Shown: one piece after another, positions 27,405 through 40,834 of the stretch
How positions within the stretch are numbered: position 1 is the first letter of the stretch
Layout: each line of letters starts with the position of its first letter
NCBI GenBank assembly: GCA_964016885.1
Contig: OZ024742.1
Location: 86,366,001 to 86,430,000, forward strand
Length of the DNA: 64,000 nucleotides
Reading direction: 5' to 3'
Origin: Eledone cirrhosa
Taxonomy: Eukaryota
Translations under genes and position numbers: made by a program
The notes under the pieces: generated by a model
Told to the model about the DNA's origin: nothing
The model's input: the letters and a program-made list of their open reading frames with translations, nothing else
The model's database searches: none

Positions 27405-30400
27405 TATTATTATTATTATTACAGTTGCATTTATCTTGCTTTATGTTCATACGAGTTATCACCAAGTCACAACCAGTGACCTCAAGAGACAACAAGGGCC
27501 GCCATTTTCAAGAAAGAACATACATACTCACACATGCATCTTTAGTGTTTAGACTTGTGATGTACTTATATTGACAGAATCTTCCTTAGTATATGGGCAG
27601 TTCCCATTAGTACTATCTTTTGTATTTCTCCTATACGCGGGTTTCCTGGGATTTGCGATAAGTAATCAATAGACCCCTTAGGTATCATTCCCAGAGCGCC
27701 TACAACCACTGGTATTGTTTTAGTTCTCAATTTTCACATTTTTCCAATTTCTATCACCAGGTCCTTATACTTGCTCAATTTTTCAAATGTTTTATAGATA
27801 CATTCTTGTCTATTGGAACAGACATATCAATTAGCAGGCATACCCTCTTTTTAAAGTCTTTCAATATTATATCAGGTCTATTTGCATCTATTTTTCGGTC
27901 TGTTTGGATGCTAAAGTTCCACAGGATTAAGATGTGATCTTTTTCAAGAACGGGAGGTGGTTGATGCTCCCACCAATTCTTTTGATGGGGCAGATCAAAA
28001 TGCTTACACATTATCCAATATATGTATTGTGCAGCTCTGTCATGCCTGTTTAGGTATTCGGTTGGAGCTATAGGACTGCACATTGAAATTATATGGTCAA
28101 TGGTCTCTGGTTGTTTTTTGCATACACGGCATAATGGGCTGCATCCATATTTTATTATGTTGGCTTGGTAATTTTTTGTTGGCAGACACTGATCTTGTGC
28201 TGATATAATCAGTCCTTCAGTCTCCGATTTCAGTCCAGAGGATGCCAACCACTGATGGGTTAAAGTTTTGTCAACATCAGGATTGTGAGCTCGCTCTGGG
28301 TATTTTCCATACAGAGGCTTTTCTTGCCATTTCTTAGCCAGTTTCTGTAGCAGTTCTTTCTCTGCAGTTACTTTTACCTGCTTTGCTTTTTCTGTGTTTT
28401 CCATTTCAGCAGTAAATGGGACTTCTGAAATTTGTAGTCCATTACTGTATCTTTGTGCATCTTTTGTAATGGAATATGAACTTTTGATGCTTTCGTGTTT
28501 CAAAACGAGTTTGATCATCCAATCATGTGATTCCCTTAGATATGTAGATAATCCAATTGTCGCAGTTTTCAACGCAATGTCTAACTGGATTAACCCACGT
28601 GCTACTTCTTTCCTAGGGAGAGATATTCTATCTATATCTGCCTTAGGGTGATGCATTCTGTGCATGGTGAAGAATTTTCGAATTTTTGTATCGAGCCTAC
28701 GGATCTCTGTGCTTGACCAGTTGATGACATTGTAACTGCAGGTTACTACTGGTATGGCAAGCGTGTTATGGCATCGATCCTATTCCTTGCATTCAATTCC
28801 GTTCTTAATATTGCTCTTACTCTGCGGTAACATTCCTTCCTTATCCTTTCCCTCATTGTCGAGTGCTTGATTCCGTCTCCTTCACAAACACCTAGATATT
28901 TGTAAGTTTTTTCTTGATCAAGTTCTCTCATCACGTTCCCCCGATCAAGATTAATGTCTGAACTCTTCAGCAGCTTTCCTCTGGTGAACGTTGCTTTGGC
29001 GCATTTATCTAGTCCAAACTCCAATTTAATGTCATCACTGAACTGCTCCACAGTGGATAATAGCCCTTGCAATTGTTCATCATTTTTTGCAAATAGTTTC
29101 AGGTCATCCATGTAGAATAGGTGATTAATGATTTTGTCATAGACTTTATATCCATGTTTTGTTTCATTGAGCATTTTACTTAATGGTATAAGTGCGATGC
29201 AGAATAAAAGCGGTGATAAAGAGTCACCCTGAAACATTCCACAATTAATATTAACTTCTCCAGCTTCCAGTGATTTTGTTTCACTATTCAAAAGGAGTGT
29301 TGTTTTCCATGTCTTCATACTGAATGACAAAAACCTCCTGACAACGGGGGATATTTTGAAAATCTCTAAACATTTTTCAATCCAACTGTGTGGCAAACTA
29401 TCGAATGCTTTTTTATAATCTATCCAAGCAATCGATAGATTTTTGTGTCTATTATGACAATCTTCCAGTATCATTTTGTTAACCAGAAGCTGATCCTTAC
29501 AGCCATATGAGCCTCGTTTACACCCTTTCTGCTCAATGGGAAATAGGTCATTTGTTATCAGGTGGTCATAAGTGTATTCAGTTAGGACTGATGTTAAAAT
29601 GTTATACATTGTGGTCAAGCAAGTTATCGGTCTGTAATTTTTGGGATTGTTTTTCTCATCATTCTTCGGAAGCAGGAATGTAATGCCGTTAACTAGCCAT
29701 GATGGTATCTTTTCTGGCTCCTTAACTATTTCATTGTAAAGTTGGGCTAACAGCTCATGAGAGTCTGTGAAGGCATTTATCTAAAAGTTTTGTATTTTGT
29801 CTTTTCCTGGGGATTTCCATTTGCTGGTTTTTCTTAGAGCCAAGCGCAACTGTTCAACTGTTATATTTACCCATATTTGTTCCTCAAGGTGAGCTGTATC
29901 TTTCATTTGTCTGTCTATCCATGGGGCATGTATGTTATGAACTTTTTCTTCGGCCCAGATCTTTTCCCAGAATTCTTGCACTTCCTCCTTGGGTGGTATT
30001 GATTTAGCAGTTATTGTTGACTTACCAATTTTTCTGTAGAAGTTGCTTTGGTTGTTTTTGAACATATTATTGTCCTTATAGAATCTAGATCGTTTTTCAA
30101 AGCGCGTCATACGAGCAGCTTTGGCCGACACTTTTTGTTTGATTATTTCTATCAGCATGTCTATGTCACATGTTGATTTTATACTGTACTTTTTTTTCAA
30201 TTTTCTAAGTTTAGTTTGTTTAACATGTTCACCTACTTTATAGTTTGTTAAAATTTCTATGTCAGATCGGAGTAGGTTTATTTGGCGATTGATGTTCTCT
30301 TGCCAAGTAGATTTCTTGTGGGACTTCCTTTGTTTTTTCATCTTCACTCCACATAAGTGAGTGGTGACTTTAGCCGATGCATAATAGAGATGATTTAAAT

Positions 30401-31375
30401 CAGTAATGTTTAGTTTGTTTGTGATGATAATGTTTTTTGAGAATTATGTTAGTCTTATGTATTATCTTTTGGTTCTGTTTAGAGTTCTGGATCTTAGGGA
30501 GGGTGTCTCGTTGCCCCATGTCAGATTCTTTCATTTTCATCCAGTCGATCATAATTTCATCCTTCAAGTTGCCAAGTTCATTCTCATTCATTTCTTTATC
30601 ATTTACGATCTCATTATTTTCATTTGGAGTTTCATCTTGAGCATGCACTCCCTCCACTTTTTCGATCCTTTCTTTAATTTGTTCTGTTGCCAGTGATTCC
30701 GCCCCAACCCTGGGGTTCGAAGTGTTACAGTTTACCTCATTTTCACTGACACATGTTTCATTTTCCCTTCGCTGACTTTGTGCTAATAGCTTGATCTGAT
30801 CAATTTCTATATCAGTTAGTAACTTTTTTCTTACAATATTTCTTCGTATATTGGCTAGTTTGTTACTGTCAATATAGCCTCTGTTTTCGGGATGTTTCTT
30901 TTTCCAGTTGATATATGTCTGTTCTGTATTCGATGTATTTGATGGGTAGTACATGGCAGTGTAGAAAGCCTCAAGGACTTCTTTATTATCTTCCCTTGAC
31001 CATTTTTCTCTCTTTATCTTTGGATTTCTTGGTGGTGAGCATGGAGTAGGCGTATTCAGGTTATGGGAGGTCTCCAGCTCCGAAGTGATGGGAAGGTTTG
31101 AACCATTAGCTGATTTTTCGACCCCAGTCTGGTTCCTCTCTGAGGGACGCGGGCCTTTTTTACCCGGGTGACGGCCGATGCGGTATGAGATTTTATCATT
31201 AGACATTTACTTTATTTTGTCGCGTTTTATCCTTATCCGCCAAGGGGTAATCATTTCGTGTTACCACTTCTAGAACGAGTGTCAACCAAGACTAGAGGGG
31301 TCGTTCTCCCCTAGAGACATGGCTATTCCACGCCGGCCGCAATCCCGGTATTTCTTGGTCACGGGGTTTTCTTTT
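27403..31375 (-). mobile_element. R4/Dong-type non-LTR retrotransposon, near full length, disrupted ORF (31206 to 27566)
   Basis: ORF pieces encode NYRPITCL, EQKGC, WIDYKKAFDS, FQGDSLSPLLF, HLFYMDDLKL, CRVC..PETIDHIISMC, RHD, RPDII and VVGALG. Several frameshifts and stops; ends in (TAA)n. Confidence 0.93.
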
Positions 31376-32337
31376 TGTTGTTTTTTTTAAATTGTTATTA
31401 TCATGAGTGGTTCCTTAATGTGAGCATTGCGTGGCTTAAGAATGAAATTATTAATAATTGTCTCCACTCCAGGCACAAGGCCAGCAATCACCCAGTGCAT
31501 TACAATAATATAATATACTTTTTGCTGTAGTTGCCTGTTATTGTTGTTGGCTATGTCGGTGGTGGTGCCGGCGCTTTTTATATTGTTGGTGAGGAAGGGG
31601 TGAGACAGCTGTCCCAAAGTTGTTGCTGTTGACGTTTGGCCGGTGGCCAGGTCACTAAGTCAATCTATTTATATCTTTTGCTAGCCTCTCCCTTGTCTAG
31701 TGATACCGCCACCTTCCCCTTTCTCTCTCAAGTTAACAGGGGAATAGTGGTGGTAGCAATGAAGGAGTGGTGGCGGCGGCGATGGGATAGTGGTAGCAAG
31801 ATGATGGATGGGGTGGTGGTGGCGTTGTGGTTACTGGGTTTTGTGATATGTAGTATCTATGAGTTTGTGTTCGTATGTTTAATATATATTGTGTTGACAT
31901 ATTCCCGTAAAATTGGGATTAAACATTTTGTTAAAATTTGAGACAATAATAATAGTAATTATTATTATCATGCCGGGATTGATGGTGGTGGTGGTGAAAT
32001 TGCCGTTATCTGGCTGTTATATTTAGTGTGATGGGATATGTGGTGTATCAACTTTCTGGTGTTGGTGAAATTGCTGTTATTTGGCTGTTCTATATAGTGA
32101 AGACAGAGGGTGTTTTCTTCCATCTATAACCATTTTCTTTTTTTGAATACAAAATATATAATATAAAATTGAATATTTGAGCGATATAACAATATAATAT
32201 GGATCCGAAATTGTATGGGACTTCAGTCGGTGGATTATGCAACATTTGTACTAAGAATTGTTATTTCACAATTGATTTAAATAAGTTAAAAATCAAAAAC
32301 TTACGGGAGCGATTTCATGACCTTCTACCACCTCATG

Positions 32338-32420
32338 CTTCTTCTTCTTCTTCTTCTTCTTCTTCTTCTTCTTCTTCTTCTTCTTCTTCTTCTTCTTCTT
32401 CTTCTTCTTCTTCTTCTTCT

Positions 32421-32458
<38 letters not shown>

Positions 32459-32546
32459 TTCTTCTTCTTCTTCTTCTTCTTCTTCTTCTTCTTCTTCTTC
32501 TTCTTCTTCTTCTTCTTCTTCTTCTTCTTCTTCTTCTTCTTCGTCG

Positions 32547-32578
<32 letters not shown>

Positions 32579-32687
32579 TTCTTCTTCTTCTTCGTCGTCG
32601 TCGTCTTCTTCTTCTTCTTCTTCTTCTTCTTCTTCTTCTTCTTCTTCTTCTTCTTCTTCTTCTTCTTCTTCTTCTTCTTCTTCTTCT

Positions 32688-32722
<35 letters not shown>

Positions 32723-32748
32723 TTCTCTTCTTCTTCTTCTTCTTCTTC

Positions 32749-32801
<53 letters not shown>

Positions 32802-32810
32802 GTTGTTATT
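32338..32810. repeat. Compound (TCT)n/(TCG)n/(TTA)n microsatellite
   Basis: Direct trinucleotide tracts; these account for the poly-S/L/E pseudo-ORFs. Confidence 0.97.
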
Positions 32811-33202
32811 CCTTGAATCTCAGTCATTGATGTTGGTTAACTGGAAAGTCCATTGGAATGAATATCAAGCCACTACCTGCAGCCTCAGATATTCAGGACG
32901 TATCGGAGGGTTCTTGCTGTTCCAAGCAAGCATGCATTTTGAAGCGTTCCAAAAAGCGTGAAGGGGCCGATTTTCTTTAACCATCCCTGGAAACTTTTGG
33001 AGATAGTCCCCAGTGCGCCTATGACAATCGGGATCACTTTGACTTCATGGCAGTTCCAAATCCTTTTCACCTCCCACTTTAGGTCCTGGTATCGGTTAAT
33101 TTTCTCCCTCTCCTTCTCTTGCACTCTCGTGTCGAAAGGGCAGGCCACATCCACAATCAGACACGATCTTTTTTATTTGTCCACAACCACCAGGTCAGGT
33201 CT
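32811..33202 (-). mobile_element. Second, 5'-truncated 3' end of the intact Dong-like element
   Basis: Near-identical to 33241-33632 (PDLVVV...LRYVLNI plus 3' UTR); (TAA)n on both sides. Confidence 0.93.
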
Positions 33203-33314
33203 TTATTATTATTATTATTATTATTATTGTTATTGTTATTCCTTGAATCTCAGTCATTGATGTTGGTTAACTGGAAAGTCCGTTGGATTGAATATCAAGC
33301 CACTACCTGCAGCC

Positions 33315-36300
33315 TCAGATATTCAGGACGTATCGGAGGGTTCTTGCTGTTCCAAGCAAGCATGCCTTTTGAAGCGTTCCAAAAAGCGTGAAGGGGCCGA
33401 TTTTCTTTAACCATCCCTGGAAACCTTTGGAGATAGTCCCCAGTGCGCCTATGACAATCGGGATCACTTTGACTTCATGGCAGTTCCAAATCCTTTTCAC
33501 CTCCCACTTTAGGTCCTGGTATCGGTTAATTTTCTCCCTCTCCTTCTCTTGCACTCTCGTGTCGAACGGGCAGGCCACATCCACAATCAGGCACGATCTT
33601 TTTTCTTTGTCCACAACCACCAGGTCAGGTCTATTGTGTTCCAGTTTTTTGTCCGTCTGTATCCTAAAATCCCACAGCACCTTCACCTGACTGTTCTCCA
33701 TCACCGCCTCTGGCCTATGCTCATACCATTTCTCAGAATGTGGTAGATTGTTTACTTTGCACAGGTGCCAGTGGATCACCCTGCCCATCACATCGTGTCT
33801 CCAGCCCTTATAGTGGGTCTGGGCTAGGTGTTTACACTCGGACACAATGTGAGCCACAGTCTCCTCTCTCTCTCCACAGATCCTGCACAGTGGGCTAGCC
33901 TCCTCCTTGTAGATATGGTGCTTCAACCACTTCGTTTTGAGGGCCTGCTCCTGCGCAGCCATTAGCATTCCTTCTGTAGCCTTTTTGAGGTCTCCTCTTC
34001 TCAACCAGTTCCATGTCTGTGGATCTCTAAATTCAGTTTTCTCAAAGAAGGTACTATGAAGGGATTTTCCCTTAAGGCTGCTCTTCCTCCTTGATGTTAT
34101 TTCCTCCTTGGATATCCCCTGGCCTACTGTCCCCTCCTTCAGTACAGCTCTGAGCATTGGCTCCTTACTATAGGTCACGTATTTGTATAGGTTGTTTTTC
34201 TCCATCTGAACACAGTCCTCTATACTGATAAGACCTCTTCCACCCTCAGATCTCCTTAGGTAGAGTCTATCGACATCACTCCTCTTGTGGAACATGTTGT
34301 AGATAGTCAATAGCTTCCTAGTCTTCCTATCCATTTCTTTTTGTTCAGCAACATTCCATCTCAGAATTCCCGCACTGTACCTAATAATAGACACAGCTCG
34401 GGAATTTACTGCGCTTATGGCATTTCTGCTGTTCAGATGTGACTTCAATACGCTCCTTACTCTCCGAATGTATTCAGTTCTTAACAATTCCTTCATTTTT
34501 TTGTTCTTTATGCCATCAGCCTCCAGAACGCCCAAATACTTGTATCCTTCCTCAGAGTCAATTTCCTTTATCATCTCACCTGTTGGTATCTGGATCCCGT
34601 TACTTCTGCTCAACCTACCCCTCTTCATCACAATGACTCCACATTTACCAATACCAAACTGCATACGTATATCACTGCTGAAAATACGGACAGTGTCAAC
34701 AAGCACATCCAACTCCTTCTCACTTTTCCCGAAGAGCTTAAGATCGTCCATGAAGAGGAGGTGATTGATGGTAAGCTCTCCCCTTCCCAACTTGTATCCT
34801 GCTCTCACTTTTCGCAGCATAATGGTCAAGGGCATCAGGGCAAGGACAAACAACAGAGGGGACAGGCTATCTCCCTGGAAGATACCTCTCTTGATCTTCA
34901 CGCTTCCCAAGGATACTCCAGTTGATGTCAACTCTGTCTCCCAGGACCCCATACTCCTGCCCAGCAACTGTCTGATGTTATCAGCCACCCTGAAGATCTC
35001 CAGGCTTTTGGTGATCCAGGAATGAGGCACCATGTCAAATGCCTTTCTGTAGTCTATCCATCCCATGGCAAGATCAGTGTGTCTCCTCCTGCAATTCCCC
35101 ATTACCATCTTATCAATAAGCAACTGGTCCTTTGTACCACGTGACTTCTTTCGGCATCCTTTCTGTTCGTCCGGTAACAAGTTGTTTGTGTGGAGGTGAT
35201 GGTAGATTTCCTCAGACACAATGCTCGTCAACAGTTTCCACATTACGGGCAGACATGTGATAGGTCTATAGTTGGTAACATCATTACCCTTGATTCGGTC
35301 TTTCATTATCAGAACTGTGGTACCTTTTGTCAACCACTCTGGCACCTCACCCGACACCAAGCAGTCATTGAACATGGCCGTCAGCTTCGGGTGGAGGGAT
35401 GTTAAATGTTTAATCCAATACCCCTGCACACCATCTGGGCCTGGTGATTTCCAGTTGGTTAGTTTTTTGGCTTGCCCCTTAAGAGTTTCAACTGTGATAC
35501 TCAAATCAGTCTGTTGTTGTGCCTGCTCACCGATCTCCCTCTGTACTGTCTCAATCCACTCTGCCTGGGCATTGTGTCTAACATCCTGCTCCCATATTCC
35601 TCTCCAGAATGTTTTAGCTTGTTCCGCCCCAGGGATCAAGTCGTTGCCTCTTTCTTTCCCCTCAAGCTGTCCAAACAGCATCTTCTGGTTGTTGTCGAAC
35701 ATGCGGTTCTGTTTATACTGACTGACTCTGTTCTCGTATCGCCTGATTTTGGCACTCTTTGCTACAATGCGTTGCTTCAATTCCTCTATGATAATATTTA
35801 GCTTTTTACTCCTAGTTTTGTATTTTATTTCCAGTCTATTTTTAGTGCCTATGTTTTTTAGTGTCCCATTCAGTAGTGACTCAAGCTTTCCTATGTTATT
35901 TCTCATTTCCCCGATTTGCCCACTCAGTCGTTTCTTCCACCACGGCTCTGCTCTTTCTTGTCTGTTGTTTCCTCTCGCTTTTATACCAAGTAGTTTCCTC
36001 ACCGTATTTGCTGTTGCTTTGAGGATATTGTTGCACTGGTGAAGACTCCTCGCCTCAAGGTATGGGATGACTTTGTTTACCTTAGCTGTTGTTTCTTTTA
36101 ACTTTTTCCTGTCTACAAATCTTAGGTTCATAGGTCTCCCACTATCATTGTTCAACTCATCTACCACTAAATTTAGGATGTCAACCGAATCTTGTCCTAG
36201 CCCGTCAGCATTCATCTCCTCAGTGGCCGTATCTCTGTTCCAGGTATTATTTATCTCAGTATTCAGATCATTGTCTGCTTCGGGTGGTTCCTCCGTTCTC

Positions 36301-36707
36301 AGGACCTCCTCACCTTCATTTCCCGCCGGCTCGCTTGTCTGGCATACTACACCCGCCATCTCCAAGCCATTCTCTCTGCTCAGTTCCTCCAGTTCCAGCT
36401 CGCTTATCCACCCATTAGTTCTTATTACCCGAGCCTGCCCGGCCAATTTTTGTTCATCTAATTTAAATAAACCAATCTCGTTCCAGATGTTATGCATCCG
36501 TCTCCTGTAGCCCCTCTCCTTGGGGTTACTTTTCAGGTAGCATTGCATAACAGTTCTATTCAATTCTTTCGTCCAGTTGGTTCTGGCCCCTTTCCTTCTT
36601 CTTCTTCCTCCAACATCAGCAGTATTTGGTTGACAGTCAGGTTCCTGCTGCTGAGCCAGGGGGCACCTGTTGGGTGAGAGTCTGTCACATGACGTTCTAG
36701 TCTCCAT
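33315..36707 (-). CDS. Intact R4/Dong-clade non-LTR retrotransposon protein (RT, CCHC knuckle, restriction-like endonuclease), 1130 aa
   Basis: Uninterrupted ORF with KSPGPDG, NYRPITCL, WIDYRKAFD, GIFQGDSLSP, FMDDLKL, YKYLG, CRIC..EETVAHIVSEC, RHD, RPDLVV..IVDVACP..EKINRY. Element spans about 33241-36773 between (TAA)n tracts. Confidence 0.95.
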   Translation of the reverse strand: METRTSCDRLSPNRCPLAQQQEPDCQPNTADVGGRRRRKGARTNWTKELNRTVMQCYLKSNPKERGYRRRMHNIWNEIGLFKLDEQKLAGQARVIRTNGWISELELEELSRENGLEMAGVVCQTSEPAGNEGEEVLRTEEPPEADNDLNTEINNTWNRDTATEEMNADGLGQDSVDILNLVVDELNNDSGRPMNLRFVDRKKLKETTAKVNKVIPYLEARSLHQCNNILKATANTVRKLLGIKARGNNRQERAEPWWKKRLSGQIGEMRNNIGKLESLLNGTLKNIGTKNRLEIKYKTRSKKLNIIIEELKQRIVAKSAKIRRYENRVSQYKQNRMFDNNQKMLFGQLEGKERGNDLIPGAEQAKTFWRGIWEQDVRHNAQAEWIETVQREIGEQAQQQTDLSITVETLKGQAKKLTNWKSPGPDGVQGYWIKHLTSLHPKLTAMFNDCLVSGEVPEWLTKGTTVLIMKDRIKGNDVTNYRPITCLPVMWKLLTSIVSEEIYHHLHTNNLLPDEQKGCRKKSRGTKDQLLIDKMVMGNCRRRHTDLAMGWIDYRKAFDMVPHSWITKSLEIFRVADNIRQLLGRSMGSWETELTSTGVSLGSVKIKRGIFQGDSLSPLLFVLALMPLTIMLRKVRAGYKLGRGELTINHLLFMDDLKLFGKSEKELDVLVDTVRIFSSDIRMQFGIGKCGVIVMKRGRLSRSNGIQIPTGEMIKEIDSEEGYKYLGVLEADGIKNKKMKELLRTEYIRRVRSVLKSHLNSRNAISAVNSRAVSIIRYSAGILRWNVAEQKEMDRKTRKLLTIYNMFHKRSDVDRLYLRRSEGGRGLISIEDCVQMEKNNLYKYVTYSKEPMLRAVLKEGTVGQGISKEEITSRRKSSLKGKSLHSTFFEKTEFRDPQTWNWLRRGDLKKATEGMLMAAQEQALKTKWLKHHIYKEEASPLCRICGEREETVAHIVSECKHLAQTHYKGWRHDVMGRVIHWHLCKVNNLPHSEKWYEHRPEAVMENSQVKVLWDFRIQTDKKLEHNRPDLVVVDKEKRSCLIVDVACPFDTRVQEKEREKINRYQDLKWEVKRIWNCHEVKVIPIVIGALGTISKGFQGWLKKIGPFTLFGTLQKACLLGTARTLRYVLNI

Positions 36708-36770
36708 TTCACCGTTATTCGAACTGTTTATGTTCGATATTTAAACACTCTTATCGATATTTAAACACTC

Positions 36771-36874
<104 letters not shown>

Positions 36875-39800
36875 ATTGGCGATCTACGTAGTAAATCGTA
36901 TCATCGTGAGCTCCGCAAAGGTTTGTTATTTCCGTTTGTTAAAAATTGTCATTTATGGAAAATCTTATTGTTAACTGTTTATAAGCGCACATACATTGTT
37001 TTCCGAAAAGGACACCCAAAAAGATTGGGGCCTTGTGCCCAAAATTTAAACTTTTATGATTATCAAAACATTTCTTTGAAAAAAAAATGGCTAATTCACC
37101 ACTGCACAAAGCAGCTGAAAGCCTTTCTCACAAATTAACACCTGACACCGACACCACCATTGTAAATGTTACTACGTTTGCCAACACTACAGAAAATATA
37201 AGCAGTAGCAATATTTTAAATTTGACTCAGGCAGACATTCATTTCCCGCCGTTACCAATGACTGCAGGTGTTAAAGCCTCCACCACCACCACCACCGCGA
37301 CAACCACCACCCCAACCACCACTGCGACAACAGAAACAAACAGAAGAAAAAAATAAATTAACTCGTGATGTCGAAATGAAATCAAGCAAAATGGACTCTT
37401 CCCCACCAAAGACGACTGACGTCACCACCACCACAACTGAAACTAAAATTAATATTAACACAAATAACGATAGCAACAACAACAACAATGACATTATAAA
37501 AACCCTCCTCAGTTTTGCCAGAGTAGCAAAACAGTTCGAAGCATTTACGGTAACTCAGGAGGATTTAGAAAATGCCAAACAAATGGTAAAGAAAGATGGG
37601 TACAGGGTCAGCCTCACCCCCCACCTAATAAAATGGAGCATCGGCGCCTATGCACCGTGTCGTATCGAACAATAAATGTAAAATCGCGCCGAGTGGAACG
37701 GGCATCCGAGTCCCAAATCCAAAAAGCTTTGGGACATGTGTGGGCAAGAAAAACCCACATCAGACGTGGGCAGAAGTATGGAACCGTGTACGTGTTCTTT
37801 GAAACACCAGAGGAGGCTAGAGAACACTCCATGGCCCCATTAAGAAGTGACGACTTCACACTCGTCCCAAGCTATTGTGGCCAGAGACTCGTAAAGATCA
37901 GGGTGACCCACGTTCCACCGGCCATCGAAATTCCCTGGCTAATAGCGGCCGTACCCACCGGCATCGAAGCCAACACAAAAATAATAGCAATAGCAAAAGA
38001 AAAACAGGAGAACTGGTCCGGATCTGGGATGGAGCTCCTGATCCAAGCGGACCAAAAAAGCACTGAGGATATCCCAGAGGTAATAGACCTCACTGACGGC
38101 AGCCACCTCACGGTAATTGTCGAGGGCAGAAGACCTAGGTGTGTCGTTTGTGGTGAAGGAACCCACCTAAGGGCTTTCTGCCCTCAGGCTAAAAGGTTGA
38201 GGCCACCTCTCTTACCCACCCCAGTGACACAACCATGAAACCACTAGTAGCAGAGATGGCAGCAACAACTGTAGCAGCAACAGCAGGAACAATTATAACA
38301 GCAACAACCCCACCAACAGTAGCAAAACCAACACCACCACCACCACCACCACCACCAGCAAAACCAACACCACCACCCCCAACGCTTCAGAACTAGCACC
38401 AGCGCCTACACCATCCACCACGCCACAACCAAAACTAACGCCTGTGGATTATTTTCCACTCCCCGGCCTATCACAACTGGAGACAGATTGTGACGACGAG
38501 GAGTGGGAAACGATATCCAGAAAAAAAAAGAAACCAAAAAAGAAAAAAATTCTCTTCCTTCCCCCTCCAAAAACAAAATACAGAGGGAAACAAATAAATT
38601 AAGAAACAAAAAAGTTAGGACAGATATGCCACCATCCACACCAGCATCACCAACCCCATCAACCCAAACACCAACACCATCACCATCATTAACCCCAACA
38701 CCACCATCACCTACACCATAAAAGTCACCAAAATGCGAAACAGAAACAAACCCACAACAAACGCAAACAAATCAAAACAACCAAAACGATACACACTACA
38801 CAGCATTAAATTTGAACAACAAGCAATGATTACACTACATCCAACACAACACCAGCATCACAGAAAAAGACTACACAACAACCCCAAAATTCACACCACC
38901 TCCACACATACAAATCACTCGCAAAACACAGAAAACGTACATGACACTAACAAAAAAATTCCCCAAAGACATCGGAGACTTCCGACAAGCACTCTCCAGG
39001 AGGATTTATAAGGACATCCTTCCTGAGGAGGCCACAAGCAGTGAAAAGGATGGAAAAACCGTCCTTCCTCTACGAGAAGTAAGGTAAGTGGTCTTTCCTA
39101 TCTTTTCCACTCCTTTTCAACATGACCTCACTCAGAATAGGCAGCATAAATGCGCGTGGCTTGGGGTCGTCATGGAAGCAGGGCCACCTGCTCAACGACC
39201 TCAGGTCACTAAACATAGATATAGTGGCCATCAGCGAGACCAGAATCTCCGAAGCACAGGCTTTCGCACCGATCTTCGGCGGCTGCGATGTGTACGCATC
39301 TCCCAGCCGTCCGGGATCGGGGGGAGGAGTTGCTGTGCTTTTTCGGAGAGGTTTGGATCTTGCCATACGGGCCATCTTCCTGGACCCAGAAGGTAAGTTG
39401 GTGGTGCTGGACGTGACCAGCGGAGACGTGCAAGCTTTCAATTTAGTGGCCGTCTATGCCCCGACAGGAGCAGGGCGGCCTGATTTCTTCCGGCGTCTGG
39501 AGACCTTTCTTGGAACGTCCCGCTCTTTAGTGTTAGTGGGCGACTGGAACGGGATCTTAGATGCACGCTGGGATTGTGTGGGATTAGTGGATAGGGAAGG
39601 AGGGTGCAAGAGTCTCACCAACCTGCTCAGACGTTTTGAACTTTCTGACAGGTACCGAATGGATTTCCCGAATGTACCAATGTGGACTTGGACAAATCGC
39701 ATAGGGTCATCCAGATCATATCTAGATAGAGTATTTTGTAGCGAAATAGATAGGTCTAGCATAGGATGTCCACAATACAAGATAGTCAGCTACACGGACC

Positions 39801-40392
39801 ACAAATTCGTGATCTGTGTGCCTGACTTAGCTAGGCTTCATAGACGAGGACCCGGCTACTGGAAGCTAAACGCGTCCTTACCAGCGCGCAAGGCCTACAG
39901 AGACCGGATTAGCGAACTAGTTAAGCGGGCGTTGACGGGGGCCATCGTCAACAACAAGTGGTGGTTTGCTCTGAAAAGAGCAATTATAATAGAGTCCATT
40001 AGGTTTAGTAAGAATTTAGCAATAGAGAAAAATAGAGCAGAGGGAGAAATAGTTAGAAAATTAGTGAGGCGCTTAGCAAAGGCATCGTGACTGACGTACT
40101 TGCGGCGAAATTGCGCCCTTGACCAATTCTTCAATGCAAAGCACGAAGGCTGCGTTGTCAGAGCTAGGGTGCGAGCTCTCAGACACGAGGGGACGAAAGC
40201 CGTTCAATGGGCCCGAGTGGCGGAGGCGCGTCGTGGCAACAAAGCCACGATCCGGTCTTTGGTGGACAACGACGGGCGCATGCTACTCGATCCCGGGAAA
40301 ATGTGTGAAGCTTTTCAGCGACACTTCGCTCAACTGTTCGGGGGCAGTGGCGGGCCGGATCGAGGGATGGACTTTAGTGTCTACCTCGAAGC
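36875..40392 (+). mobile_element. L1/Tx1-type LINE: ORF1 (frameshifted, CCHC knuckle) and ORF2 APE endonuclease; lost before the RT domain
   Basis: ORF1 pieces 37087-38238 with GRRPRCVVCGEGTHLRAFCP. ORF2 39122-40090 has INARGL, ISET, GGGVAVL, VYAP, GDWN, YLDR, TDH, GPGYWKLN and continues in a shifted frame to about 40390. Confidence 0.9.
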
Positions 40393-40743
40393 GACTGATG
40401 CGTGTGTTTCTTATTGGCAACATGACCCTCCCAAATCATAACAATATATAAGTATATATATATATATATATATAGAAAAAAGATGAAATCGAAAGTGCAA
40501 CTGGAGTCTTATTTAAAAAATATATATATATATTCTTCTGCTTTTCAAAAGTTTTTCTCAACATATATCATCTCATGATGATATTTGTTTTTGAAAGGCG
40601 CATAATAAAATACTTGGAACTCTTTTAACCATATCTTGATCTTATATTATTTATACTCCAGTCCTACAAACTGTAGAATGCTACTTATCCGAATTTCGCA
40701 TTGCGTTATTGTGCTACAGTTAAAGTCACCTCCTACATATATA

Positions 40744-40824
<81 letters not shown>

Positions 40825-40834
40825 ATAATAATAA

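Noticed and set aside
31207-31375. HDV-like ribozyme at the 5' end of the degraded Dong element
   Set aside because: Hairpins are present (ctagggg/cccctctag, gaccaaga/tcttggtt), but I could not thread a nested double pseudoknot by eye.
32199-32961. Poly-Ser/Leu/Glu ORFs
   Set aside because: Trinucleotide microsatellite artefacts.
33388-36677. Plus-strand ORFs over the Dong ORF
   Set aside because: Antisense shadows of the retrotransposon coding sequence.
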